From Octopus sinensis (taxonomy: Eukaryota), in the NCBI RefSeq assembly GCF_006345805.1, contig NC_043007.1, positions 37,262,001 through 37,326,000 of the forward strand: a DNA stretch of 64,000 bases. The letters are read 5' to 3'. The position numbers and the translations under genes were made by a program. A model generated the notes under the pieces. That model was given only the letters and a program-made list of their open reading frames with translations. It ran no database searches and was not told the origin of the DNA. Below are positions 1 through 12,487 of this stretch, piece by piece (position 1 is the first letter of the stretch; the number at the start of each line of letters is the position of its first letter).

Positions 1-2185
1 GCTCTTCCACAGAAAAAAACAGGGAGAGAAACAAGGAGAGAAAAAAATGTGTAGTAGCTAACGATCTATCATGGCATATATATATATATCAATAGATAGA
101 TAGATAGATAGATAGAAGGAATTAACAATATATAGTAAGATTTACATTACTTTTATACATAAACAAAAAGAAGCAATATAAATGTTATCATCTGCTACAA
201 TTTGCAGGATTACAATTTAAATAGTTATGTATGTAACTTGATGTTCTACACCAATATAAAACTCTCGTATATAAAATATATTAGAAAAGTTTTATAAAAT
301 GATTTTCAGCATAGATTCAAGGCCACAAATTATATCAATGCCAATTCAAGACTTCTTATTATTTCATTGGCAACACCCACCCCACCTCCAAATAAATAAA
401 TAAAAAATTTTAAACTGTGAAAAAGCAGAGTTGACCAAGCAAGATTTGAATTTACGTGATGCATATATTTGTGATAGATATATTTGTCCAGTGCTCTACT
501 TTAAGAACAATATTTAGTACATGTATAAAAAGCATAAATGTTGGGAGAGAGTGCATAGTTGATTATATTAACCCAAGAAATATGGAAAGTAAAGATTAAA
601 CTTGGCAGGATTTTGAAGAGACCATTGTAATAATGATCATAACAAAGGCATCAAGTGTTATTCCTTCTCTCTTGTGGTCTGTCTATGATTATATATATAT
701 ATATTTTCAACAACTTCATTGAATCTCAGATTTATATAATTCACCGAAATACTTCTCTTCCTTTTGCAGTCCATTTGACAATGTTATGGAGCATTCTTTT
801 ACTTTGGTGTCCCTGAAGCAGATAAAGAAGCATTGTTATTGTATTATATTCATATCATATATTGCAGTCAGTGTATGTAAAATGGTAAAAATCATTACTG
901 TGCCTTTGTGGCAAATAACAAAACCATCATCATCACTGTTATAATACATATGACATGGCTGTGTGGTAAAGAAGATCATTTTGCAACCATGTGGTTTTGG
1001 GTTCAGTCCCACTGTGTGACACCTTCTGTTAGTGTCTTTTACAATAGCCCTGGGCTGATAAATGTCTAGTAAGTCAATTTGGTAGACAGAAATTATACGT
1101 AAGTCCATTGAGTATGTGAGTATATCATCATGATCGCTTAATGTCCGCCTTCCATACTGGCATGGGTGGGACAGTTTGACAGGAGCCAGCCAGGAAGAAG
1201 ACTGCACCAGACTTCTGCAACTGTTTTGGCAGGATTTTTACAGCTTCCTAACACTAACCACTCAGCAGAGAGGACTTAGTGCTTTTTATGTGGCACAACT
1301 CAAGTGAGGACAGTTTTGGCAAGGTTTTTACAGCTGGATGCCCCTTCAAACACCATCCACTTTACAGTGTTCCCTCCTCAAATGCCCCTGCCCCTCTCAA
1401 AATTCTTTGTCTTGTGAGTTTCTTGGTGACCCTACCAGTGCTGGTGCCAAGTAAAAAGCATCCAGTCCACACTGTAAAGTGGTTGGCATTTGGAAGGGCA
1501 GCCAGCTGTAAAAATCATACCAAAGTTAACCTCGCCTGTGCTAGTGCCATGTAAAAAGCACTGAACCCATTCTGCAGAGTGGTTGGTGTTAAGAAGGCCA
1601 TCCAGCGGTAAAAGCCCTGTCAAAACAGACACAGTAGCCTGGGATAGTCTTCTACCTGACTGGCTCCTGCCAACCATCCCACCCTCACATGCATGGAAGA
1701 TGGATGTTAAATGATGATGATGACGATACACATACCACAGGTAAAAAAACTAATCAGAAAAGTGGACATTATTAACGATAACGATCATTATTTCCCCTTC
1801 ATATTTGAAGTTATTTGCATCTGCTACTGGGTATTTGTTTACCTTCTCTTGTAGCAAAGATAATTTCAGTAAATCAAAAATTTATTCTGCATGGCATTAT
1901 TGTGATACACACATATGGTGATACACACATATGTGTGTATTTACACACACACATATGGTTTTGTATTGTTTGCTAAAGGAGCAAGATTATGTATATTCCA
2001 TTGTCCAATGCATCCTTCCTTCTTTTTTTTTTGTTTATATGAGTAATTAGAAAGCAAGCTGAAAGCTATTTGTAGTAAGTCGAGTGACTCCGTACATGCT
2101 TGCTTCTATTACATTTTGGTAAATATATTTGTTGGGAGTTATTTCCTACTTTAGAACATAAGATATGATACAGGTATAAAACGAG

Positions 2186-2582
2186 GGCGATCTTTCGTCT
2201 CTAGTAGACCTTTCCGTCGATTTCCGTAAAAATTTTTTTTTTTTTACATATGGGCTTGCGGGAACTTTTGAAGTAATATACATACATATACACATACACC
2301 GAGTAAAAAATTTCAGTTATCTCTTTCTTTCACACACACTAAGAGAAGCACTTCACTTACACAACATACTGTCTGTCTCCCACATCCCATCAAACACACA
2401 CACATGTACATCAATGCTTCCCATGCACGGTAACTTCAAAAGAACTTCCTTCGTCATACAATCGCTTTCTCTTAGTCTCTTTCGCTCTCATTACTTCAAA
2501 AGTTCCCGCAAGCCCATATGTAAAAAAAAAAAAAAATTTTACGGAAATCGACGGAAAGGTCTACTAGAGACGAAAGATTGCC
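2186..2582. mobile_element. MITE with ~90-bp TIRs and 8-bp TSD (Merlin-like GG termini)
   Basis: GGCGATCTTTCGTCTCTAGTAGACC…GAAGTAAT is inverted almost perfectly at about 2490-2582. Exact TSD AAAACGAG at 2178-2185 and 2583-2590. Confidence 0.9.
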
Positions 2583-3042
2583 AAAACGAGAAACCGAAAT
2601 ATACCTGTTTGATTATAAGCTGCTACAATAACATATACTTCTGAAAATTTCACTTGTTTTAATAATCTGCTGTAATAGGAAATAGCAAAATGAGGGTTCC
2701 AGCCGTGACCATTCAGTCTATATACATATGTATGTGCGTGCATGTAAAACAATTTATTGAGTGGATGGTCACGGCGTATTATCAAAATATAGGTGACTTT
2801 TTAAGTATGTGCCTGTAGCTGTGTCACTTCCGAATCGCTTCGCTGCATTACTTAACTAGGAAGCAATTATTTGTTATGTGGTATAAACATTCACTGTGAA
2901 GTTTGTGACAACGAAAACATAATTAAAAAAATATATATATATTATATAATATGTTATGACTAACAGATGTTTGTTGTAATATAAATTACCGTCATTATTA
3001 GGCACCTGTCATTATTATAATTATAAAACTCTTTACCTCGTC

Positions 3043-3342
3043 CTACATATTTTCCACTGCGGTTTTGAAACCCTCGATCTGTTTTTCTATTTCACTGATA
3101 AGTTCACTCTCTCTGGCCCTCGGATGCTCTTTAACGTAGGTAGCAATAGACATAATGGTTTGGTTCCTTAGCATTTCGATTTTTGGTTCATCGGACACCC
3201 TCCTCCAAATATCGTGAGCGACTCTACCCAAAGTGACAGCCTTATAGAAAGTCGGATCTTCCTGGTAAAGCCAATATAATGCCGAAATCTGCTGCAGTAA
3301 ATCCACATTATTCATATGATCTGGAGTATTATGTGCTTCCAT
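3043..3342 (-). CDS. Single-exon 99-aa protein of unknown function
   Basis: ATG in a strong context (AGTAAAATGG). Non-repetitive, protein-like composition with amphipathic helical character (…YVKEHPRARESELISEIEKQIEGFK…). Higher GC than flanks. AATAAA on the minus strand at 2753-2758. No family recognised. Confidence 0.65.
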   Translation of the reverse strand: MEAHNTPDHMNNVDLLQQISALYWLYQEDPTFYKAVTLGRVAHDIWRRVSDEPKIEMLRNQTIMSIATYVKEHPRARESELISEIEKQIEGFKTAVENM

Positions 3343-4387
3343 TTTACTAGGTGATGATTATTTCCGTGCAAGTCTTGTATAAATTAACCCGAGACGTGAA
3401 AAAGAAAGTGAACGATATTAAAATGTCTCGGCGTTGTCAAAACTTTTTAGTACGGATCTAATGTTGCTAACAGCTTTTATTTATTATTTCTAATTAACGT
3501 CACACCTTTATTTATTATTAATAATGAATTGTAAAATATTACTACATATTTTCCTCTTTTTGTTTTATATCCTAATTTGTTTATTTTTTGTTTACTCCCT
3601 CTCCTTTATTTTGCTCTCTCTCTCTCTCTCCCACTTACTGTCATTCTTTCTTTCTATTACACTTAGTCTCTTTCCAGCTAAGAAGCTTTTATTTTAATCT
3701 TTCTCAATCTCTGCCTTACCTTTTCCCACTCATTTTTATTTTTACATCTTCTTTTCACATTATCTCTCCTAATTTTTACCCTGCTTATATTTTCTTTTTC
3801 CTTATATTCATTCATCCTCTATCTTTTATTCCGTCTTTCTCACTATTTTCCCTATTCCCCTTTTTACTGTCTCCTTTACTCGTTTTTTTTTCAACTCCTT
3901 ATTCTGTTCTTTCTTTCCCCTACATATGGAGAGAAAAAAAAAGGGTGACCATACATCTCTAGAAAACACCACTGCCTTTTCTTTGACATAAGATACGAAA
4001 ATCTCGCTCAACTTTCTAGTTATATTCCTGAGTTAACCCCCGCAACAAGTGGAATTGCTTTCTACCAAAATGTAATAAAGTTCTCTTGTTACCCCATCAT
4101 TAGCAAAGTTTAAAATCTTATTGCATAATCTTTCACTAAAATATTTTACAGTGTATAGTCATGTTATTAAGATAGTTATTTGATTTCTAAATTTTAATTC
4201 GAAAATTTGTGAATTTGAACGAGTTTATAAATCTTTTTAGGTGGGAATAAACTCCTTGACACCTGCAAATCAAGCTAATTTTTTTACTCTCTCATCAGAT
4301 TCAACTACGAAATTTAACATGGTCACTACCATTTTCCACCAAAACGCCTCAAACACATTTAGCATTCATATCCTTACACTTTCTAAA

Positions 4388-4781
4388 TCTCTCTCTATAT
4401 AAAGCTGAAGTTGTCTGTGTATGGCAAGTTTGGTAGCCTTCAACTAACACTATCTCCTCCGAGACCCTGCGGCGCAAGTTAACCAAAATTGAGAGTATGA
4501 TAGAAGAAGGTTTGCTCTTCCTTCCGTAGAAGAAAAAATTCAAATTGGACCATGTTGATACCAAAAATTATTTACATCAAAAGGGTGCTTTTTTTCTATG
4601 AAAATCCTATTTTTTACGATTTTTTTACTGTGTTGCCATTTTTCGGTGTATTTCAACCAGAAAAATGTCCACTTAAAGAGAATAACAAGCTACATAATGC
4701 AAAATTTTTACTTTTCAAAAATTCCAATTCTAAAGGGTCGAAAAGAAAACAAACCCGAGCAACTCCGGGCAATACTGCTAG
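4388..4781 (+). mobile_element. Non-autonomous Helitron
   Basis: 5' A|TC…TATATAAAGCTGAAG. 3' subterminal hairpin CCCGAGCAACTCCGGG followed by CTAG|T. Confidence 0.75.
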
Positions 4782-4949
4782 TACATTATATTTCCAAATC
4801 CAAGTTCGAAAGCTCATGGATTTGGATTAGTTCATTAAATCCACAGGTTGAACAATGTAACATCCATAAATTATGCGATTTCGTTGAGCTACAGGTGCAC
4901 TATCCCCATCTATGTCGCTTCGTTTACGGATGAGTGACGGAGCAAAAAA

Positions 4950-5110
4950 TGCTAAGGGTGTCTCCTGCGAAAGGGGTAAAAAGTAAGTTCGTCGGGTCTC
5001 TTCCCATTGGCTCTGGAATTGGTGGGATGCTCCAGCAACTTAGCCTTGTAATCGTCCGCGGTAATGTCGTCAGTGTTTGGGGTGGTCTCAAAAATTTTAG
5101 AGGGAAACAC
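4950..5110 (-). pseudogene. Fragment of a non-LTR retrotransposon restriction-like endonuclease (CRE-like)
   Basis: Minus-strand translation …LLEHPTNSRANGKRPDELTFYPF… resembles the LEP..L.R.DGKRPDG.T..P motif of RLE domains. A stop follows shortly after. Confidence 0.35.
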
Positions 5111-6253
5111 GTGAAATGTGTAACTGAAGGAATGTGTATTCTTTATTTTGTTTATTTATCTGCCGATTTTCTTTAGTCCTTTATTTATATATTTATTTTG
5201 AGCCTTCTTTCTTTTCACTGAATTAATTGCCCTGAATTTTTATAAAGAAAACTTCTTTAAAACAATTATGAAACGTCTGAATGCGTGAAATGAGTTTATA
5301 ATTTTTTTTGAACAGTTAACTTCATATCCAAGTAATGTTGAGGTTAATAGTCCTTTTGTTTGAATAACTCTTAACGTATTTTAAATTCTAAAGACCTAGT
5401 CATATTGACAAAAAAAAATGCAATGTTTATTATTACTCTTTGCTACTAGTAAACCACTAACAGCACTCTTGTCTCTCATCAGAGTCTCCAGAAATTGTTA
5501 ACTTTTGGCGAAAACGCTTCCTATATGTCTGAATTGGCGTGCAGAAAAGGAGGCAATCTCATAAAATGTTTTAGATGCTTCATCATTTGTCATCCTCTCA
5601 CTCAATTCATTTCGAAATCGCCCTTTATTTTCAAAGATCAGTAAGTTCGTAAATCCATGGCAGAGAAGAGACAAATGCCATAAAAATTTTATCATTTCAG
5701 TCAATTTATAATTCCATGGGAAAGGTTAAGGGATACAGATTTGATTATTGCTTAACTTTTGATAAAAGCCAGCTACTCGTTTTCTCTTCGTTCAAAAAAA
5801 AAAAAAAAAATAGACACGCAAAGATTCTTCTTATATATGAGTCAACGTGGTTTCAAGTGGAATTACTTTTCACCAAAATGTATGAAACTAAGAACAATTT
5901 CAAAGATATAATAATAATAACTGCTCTCTCTCCCTCTTATGCACAATTTTACATACCAACAAAAAATAAACTTCTTCCGATCTTATTGGTAGAATAATGT
6001 GTATAGAAAATATTCATGCAGAGTAAATTGTGTTGTTGAATCAAATGTGTGCAAGCAGATAAAAGGCCATTACTAAAGTAGATGAAAAAATGAGATAGTC
6101 ATACCTATATTTAAACAGGTAGACATGATTCTATAGAGGCTAGATAAAAGCAAACGTTTAACAGAGAGAGATTACCATAGATGTTGGTGATTTCTAGGAG
6201 CCAGTATAATAGAATTTTTATTTCTATTTAAATCGCTTTAAGGTATCTCAACC

Positions 6254-6381
6254 CACTAGCGTAGCTAGTGTGTGCCGCCTCCCAGACCCCCATAAAAAAT
6301 ACATATTGTCTACAACAGACTCAAATGTGGTGCCCCTTTAAAAGTGCCGCCCCTATTACCATCCCCCTAGCTACGCTACTG
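6254..6381. mobile_element. Short hAT-type MITE
   Basis: TIRs CACTAGCGTAGCTAG / CTAGCTACGCTACTG. Imperfect 8-bp TSD TCTCAACC / TCTCAAGT. Confidence 0.7.
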
Positions 6382-6862
6382 TCTCAAGTTTCTGACGAGT
6401 TGAAATTTCTAATTAGCTAAAACAATGCACATAACCATGATGAACCTAAACGGTTTTCTGCATGATGTTACTACACACCTCTATCCATCTTCCGAGTCCA
6501 TAACGCAACAAATAGAGTCAAAAATACAGTACTGTAAGAGCTAACTGTTGCTTGGTAATATATACTCCACTCTTGGTACTTGTTTTGAGAGACCTTTCAT
6601 CCCCGCTCAAATACTCAAGATGAGACAGTTGAAGGGAGAGAGAGAGCTGCATTAGTATCTGGCTGGTACTCATTACAGCTGACTACACTAAAGCAATGGT
6701 GAAAATAAGTACTGACCAGTACAGGAATTAAATCCTTGACCTTATGAAAATAAGCCGCTATCCGCTAGACCAAGTGCTTTCCACAAGTGGAGCTACTTAC
6801 CACTAACCTACACAAACAGCTCTTTCTGTCCTCAGCCAATCTTTAATCTTACTCTATATAAA

Positions 6863-7225
6863 AGGTAGCGAGGTGGCAGAATTGTCAGCACGTTAGGCAA
6901 AATTCTAAGTGTTATTTCTTCTGGCCTTATGTTCTAAGTTCAAATTCCGCCGAGGTTGACTTTGCCCTTCATCCTTTCGGTAGCGATAAAACAAGTAGCG
7001 GCTGAATACTTGAGGTAGATGTAATCATCTAGCCGACCCACTCCCAAATTTCAGGCTTTGTGCCTATAATAGAGAAGAAATCTTACTCTAATATTTAGCA
7101 AATGGACTGAAATGTAAGGTCCGCCGAATAAAGTGCCCAGTGGTAATTGTTTTGGCTTTCTGTGCTCTAGAGTTTAAATCCCGCTAAAGTCAACTTTGCT
7201 TTTCATCTTTTTTGGTTCGGTGAAA
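6863..7225 (+). mobile_element. Two adjacent decayed copies of SINE family C
   Basis: Both match 21578-21782 (GTTCAAATTCCGCCGAGGTTGACTTTGCC.TTCATCCTTTCGG); the second copy is truncated. Confidence 0.7.
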
Positions 7226-7339
7226 CTGTAACCCAGGATAGTGGATAAATGGTCTGGATGGTGTTAGCTGGAACAGTTTTCCTCATTGGTCTGCTTGATC
7301 AATATTGATGAATTGTGAGAGCTTTGGGCGAGATATTTT

Positions 7340-7530
7340 GTGGTAGTTAATCCAAACAAGAAAGCACAAAAAAAAAACCCACAACAACGCGAGGACGTGG
7401 AACAAATATAGTATTATCGGACGCTCAGGAAAGGAGGTTTAACGTTTCGAGCGGAGCTCTTCGTCGGAAACATAGAAGGAAAGACAGAGGGAAAATAAAT
7501 CGCCAACGGTACACACGCGGTCACATCTCT
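7340..7530 (-). mobile_element. Penelope-like/retrozyme-like repeat containing a minimal hammerhead motif
   Basis: Minus strand reads GTTT-CCGACGA-A-GAGC-TCC-GCTC-GAAACGTTA-AAC. This is the CUGANGA/stem II/GAAA architecture with a palindromic stem III and a U-to-C change in the core. Confidence 0.5.
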
Positions 7531-8169
7531 ATTTGCGTTCTCAATTAAATTGTGCCGGTAGCCAGGACTAAATCATCAGATCACAGCCAATTACGAAAAT
7601 TGCAATGAAAAAAGGAGGGTTGGAATCACCCGCAATGCAGTCAAACGATGATAATGATATTCATTTTATTTTCAGATATAGATAAATTCGTAAAGTAGTG
7701 GAAATACAAACGTGCACGAAATCCTGTTTCACTGGATTTGTAATACTGCAGGATCGAAGGGAAAAACTCTTATCTAAACTTTTCGATAACAGACAATTAC
7801 TGACTTTGTCTTGTCATATTTTTCTTTTTCAGACTCATCCAAAAGTACGAAAATCAGTCAGATTCTTCCGATTTTTAAAGTCGATGTGGTGAGAGAAGCA
7901 AAATACAAAGTTTATTACACAAACCTTTTAACACAAGCGAAAAATGCCTCCCACATTAAATATGTTAAAACAATCAAAAGCTTTCTCATCTGGCATTAAG
8001 CTAATTCAAAAGTACAAAAATTTGTCATAGATTCTTGTTTTGCATTTTTTTTTTTAGTTGATGCGAAGGATAAACGAAAACAAAATGCAAAGTTAGTATG
8101 TAAACTTTTTAACACAAGCAAACGATGCCCTCGTTGCATTAAACATGCAAAAAGAGAACCCACAAGCTT

Positions 8170-8345
8170 TCTGATGTGACGCCGAACAGATTCACGCGCA
8201 AAAAATACGAAAATCCGGCCAAGATTCTTACTATATATCTGAGTCGACGCGGCGTCAAGTGGAGTCACTTCCGCCAGAATGTCCTAAACATGACGGACAA
8301 CGCCATCTATTGTGGTCGATTGTACTTCCGCTTTCTACTCATCAG
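8170..8345 (+). promoter_or_regulatory. CpG-rich promoter-like region
   Basis: Locally CpG-dense (GAGTCGACGCGGCGTC, CACGCGC, TCCGGCC). Two ETS-type ACTTCCG motifs (about 8267 and 8324) and a YY1-like CGCCATCT (about 8301). A 5' splice site follows about 220 nt downstream. Confidence 0.55.
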
Positions 8346-8559
8346 GTCATAATTACTTTCCAGTTGAGGTTTCTCTCTCTTGAACAACACTCTGTTGTTG
8401 GTGTGGTCTTGTTTGTCCCCCACCCCCTCCCAAACCAAAGTCTAAACCAAATATATATATTTACATATATAGGGGGAGAAATTGTTTCACAATTCGCTTG
8501 CAATGATCAAAGATTGCCGAAGGCAGAGGAGGAGAGGCCATGCCATATTCCAAAGACAG
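8340..8559 (+). other. Putative first exon of a large + strand gene (5' boundary uncertain)
   Basis: Donor CAG|GTAGAG at 8559/8560, followed abruptly by (TA)n/(TG)n intron-like sequence. ATGs at 8503 and 8540 (GGCCATGC). Confidence 0.45.
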
Positions 8560-8786
8560 GTAGAGTTTCATATATATATATATATATATTATATAAATGT
8601 GTGTATGTATATCTATGTATCTGCATGTGTGTGTGGATATATATAAACACGGAATAGAGCAAAACAAACAATAACAGTACGCGCTCAACATTCTCTCCAT
8701 TTATTTTTCTATTTTCTCCTTTGTTTTTTTTTGTTTTCATTTCTAATATTTCTTCTAAATTATCTTAGGTTTAAAAAGAAAAAAAA

Positions 8787-8840
<54 letters not shown>

Positions 8841-10473
8841 GTTGAGCTAATTGGAAAACAAAAAGCAATGTGCACTCCAACGTTTATTTAATTTTCTTGT
8901 TTTCGTTTTCTGTATCACTTTCTAGAATTTTTAAGGTTAATGTTAACAAAGACACACACACACACATACTCCTAGTTACCAACAGAAACAATGAAACAAG
9001 CACAAGGAACAAAAAAAAAAAAATCCAACATTGAACACTTTTCTTATCTTTCCTCTCCTTCATTTCTGTATTCCTTCTGTACTTAACAACAAAGACCTAG
9101 TGTGTGTATGTATATATATATATATATTATATATATATATATAAACATAAGCATAAACATTATGTAACAAACACAAATATAAACAATAAACCACGCACTT
9201 TTCATCTTTCTCCAGTTCTATATTTTCCTTTATTTTTGATTTTATTAAACGAGGGTAGTTGTGTGTTTATGTACACACGCAAGCACATACATATAGATAC
9301 ATGCTCACATAATGTGTATAAGTCGTCTAAGAGTCCATAAATCAGGATGAAAAATGCACTTATCTATCTATCTGTCTATCTATGTATCTATCTCACATAC
9401 TCAAAACAATACCACAAACTCCTAGGGTTTTTTTCTTTCAACTCTTCATTTCATCAATTTATTGTATTTATAAATCATTCATCGAGAACAGCAAGACACG
9501 CACATACACACACATCTACATATATACGTACATACTTTCGTAAAAACATCTTTAACTTGATTTGATGTTACCCAAAGCAAAAAGAAATGAGAATTTCAGC
9601 TTAAATCATTTGTTATTTACTCTATTTTTTTTCGTTTTCTACTTGTTTACACATATACAGATGTGTGTGTGTGTGTATTTATCTTCATCTCTTGCGTATT
9701 TTAGCGACTTGACTAGGTTTTTGTTGTAGACTTCTGTTTATTTCTCCTAGTAGTTTATTTTTTATGGTTTAGATTTGCTTTTCCAAAACGTTTCATTTCC
9801 CCGTTAATTCTGCTTATTAACCATATATATATATATAAATATATACATATATGTGTGTGTGTTTGGTTTGTGTTTAGTTTGTTAAAGACAAAAGGTTTCT
9901 GTAGTTGTACATAGCGTAGGATAATAAGGCATGTCTATATCACATGTAAGATATGCCTGCAACAGGGTCACACACACGCACGTGTGAGTAATATGAGCGC
10001 ATGAATCTTAGTAAACATTTCAGTAAGTGTATATCCGTCTGTATGTGTGTGTCTATTTGTATTTACTTGTCCTGTATGTACGTCATAGAAATCTATTTCT
10101 TTGTGTGTATAACTCCGTGGTTTGTGTTTAGGGCTACACGTGAACTAAAAACTCTTAAGGGCTATTTACGCACACACACACATCTATCAGTTACAGTCAT
10201 ATGTTGCACACTCACGCACGCACATTGTTGGTGATTTCATAGTGTTGTGTGTTGAAATTAATATGTATGTGTGTGTGTAAACATTGTTTAAAGTGTTTAT
10301 AAGGTAAAAAAAACTACTACTATGTCAGAAAAATAACGCCTATCAACTTTTTCTTCCCTTTGTCTCCCTGCCCTCAGTGTGTGTATATAGATAGATATAG
10401 ATACAATGAAAGAAAATCTAAGAAAGAAATAAAAAGGGCTACTGTTGCAATAAAATAGTTTAGCTTTAAACGA

Positions 10474-10537
<64 letters not shown>

Positions 10538-11141
10538 ATAACAAAACTACTGTAGATTTTAAGAGATGGTGTGGGTGTCGATAATTTTCTCTTTATATGT
10601 ATGTATGTGGTGCGTGAAACCCCCATGGAAAAACCAGTTTTTTGTCATTAGTTTTCCAAGCTGTTCCTTTCTTTATTCCTCCTCTTTATCGCCTGTTGTT
10701 CATTACAAAAAAAAAAAAAAATCATTATTTCTCAATACTTCGATCATATCAATCAATCAATATATATATATAAACGCACATACACACACGTATTTTTTTG
10801 TTGGATTTTGATTCAGACTTTATCCACATTTTTTTTTATCATAGTTTAAGTTGGATGTTTATATTTCAATATAAACTGTTCTAAACATTAGAAGAATAAA
10901 AAAAATGCTTTAGACAATGAGTTACATTCATACATTGGTAGGTAAAGCGCCTATATATATATGTGCGTGTATATATATATATATATATAATGCACTGAAT
11001 CACGTCTATGTGCAGATTGAGTCATATGCTGGTGAAAAGGGGCAGAGAGAGATAGACTCATGAAAACACTCATGTATAATACACAGAAGTGTGGATGTTG
11101 ACTGACATATATATACGGAGAAGCACACACAAACATTTCTG

Positions 11142-11183
<42 letters not shown>

Positions 11184-11318
11184 ATACTGTTGCTCTGACT
11201 AAGTGTTTAAATACATTGACCCCTTGGTTGACAGTGTGGCAGATGAGGAATAGATGAATGAGCATATAAATAGATGGACGAGGTATGAGGTCACACATGC
11301 ATTAATGCTCTGTGTGTG

Positions 11319-11353
<35 letters not shown>

Positions 11354-11989
11354 CGTGTGTACAGTGATAAAACACGTCTATGTGCATACATGTATTCATT
11401 GACTAGATGAGTGTTCGTAAAATGTGTTTGAGTATGCGCTTTTATATGTGCATGTATGTGTGTGTTTACATATACCTAGTGATGAAGAATAAACAAAGGC
11501 TTTTTATCCGAACACACCCGTATATACGTACAGACATATATCTATATATGAGGGATGACCACAACGTGGACAACCCTTATGCTAGAAGTAGATCCGCTAT
11601 GGTTTTACCACTAAGAAAACTATTCAATTTTCACCCTCATTTTAAATAGACATATATATCTATGTATTTATAAAATTCATACAGGCATTTAAATACTGGA
11701 ATCAACAGTGTTGTTAAATATCTTCTTTCTCTCGCTCGTTCCTCTATTTCTGTTCTACTTTATTTAACTTGTTGAAGATGAGCGGTGCAGAGCATCGAGA
11801 AAAGCGCGTCATCAAGCCGTATCGTCCGTCTATCCTGTTTCGAATCCTGCTTGTAACCACTTCATTTTCTCTGCGAATGTGCAAACTCTCTCTCTCTCTC
11901 TCCGTGTTTATCATCGAACCTATTTTTAGAAGTCAGTATAATAGCCTTACGCGCATATCGCCACACACTTCTGTGTGTGTATATATGTA

Positions 11990-12014
11990 ATATGGTAATG
12001 CGATTGTATTTGTT

Positions 12015-12049
<35 letters not shown>

Positions 12050-12120
12050 GGTAATACGTTTGTATTTGTGTGCATATATATATATATATATAGTAATGCA
12101 TTTGTATGTTTGTGTGCATG

Positions 12121-12153
<33 letters not shown>

Positions 12154-12182
12154 TATGATATTGCATTTGTATGTTTGTGTGC

Positions 12183-12217
<35 letters not shown>

Positions 12218-12245
12218 CAATGTCTGCACATACAAATATATAGCC
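11990..12245. repeat. Compound minisatellite
   Basis: About four units of GTAATGCATTTGTATGTTTGTGTGCAT separated by (TA)n, followed by a partial inverted unit. Confidence 0.75.
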
Positions 12246-12397
12246 ATACACATATGTATGTCTACTATATGTATGTATGTATATACATGCACACGCTCAA
12301 TGTATGTGTAAGTGCGTGTGTTTGTTTTTTATGTATAAGTTATTACTTAAAAGTCAAACATTGAAGGATTGCTTAATTGCACATTTTTTTTTTCATA

Positions 12398-12487
12398 GCA
12401 AAGGTTGATAGTGACTTCGAAGTTTTGGACTTAGTTGCCTTCACCACAAAGTCGAAACTTCGATGTCACTGTCACCGTTTACCTTGC
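12398..12487 (+). ncRNA. Candidate pre-miRNA-like hairpin
   Basis: A ~25-bp stem (12407-12432 / 12449-12473) with a 16-nt loop and an extended basal stem. It matches no miRNA I recognise. Confidence 0.3.

Noticed and set aside
770-945. Possible exon after the acceptor CTTCTCTTCCTTTTGCAG
   Set aside because: It could be the terminal exon of an upstream gene, but there is no recognisable protein or partner exon in the window, so support is insufficient.
3588-3962. Hydrophobic F/L/S-rich ORFs (also 54776-55455 and 57352-57661)
   Set aside because: Translations of pyrimidine-rich low-complexity tracts.
5498-5704. 68-aa minus-strand ORF with protein-like composition
   Set aside because: Short, no clear splice signals or recognisable domain; possibly a TE relic.
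6390-6425. Hammerhead-like CTGACGAG…
   Set aside because: No correctly placed GAAA after a closed stem II, and no stem I/III pairing.
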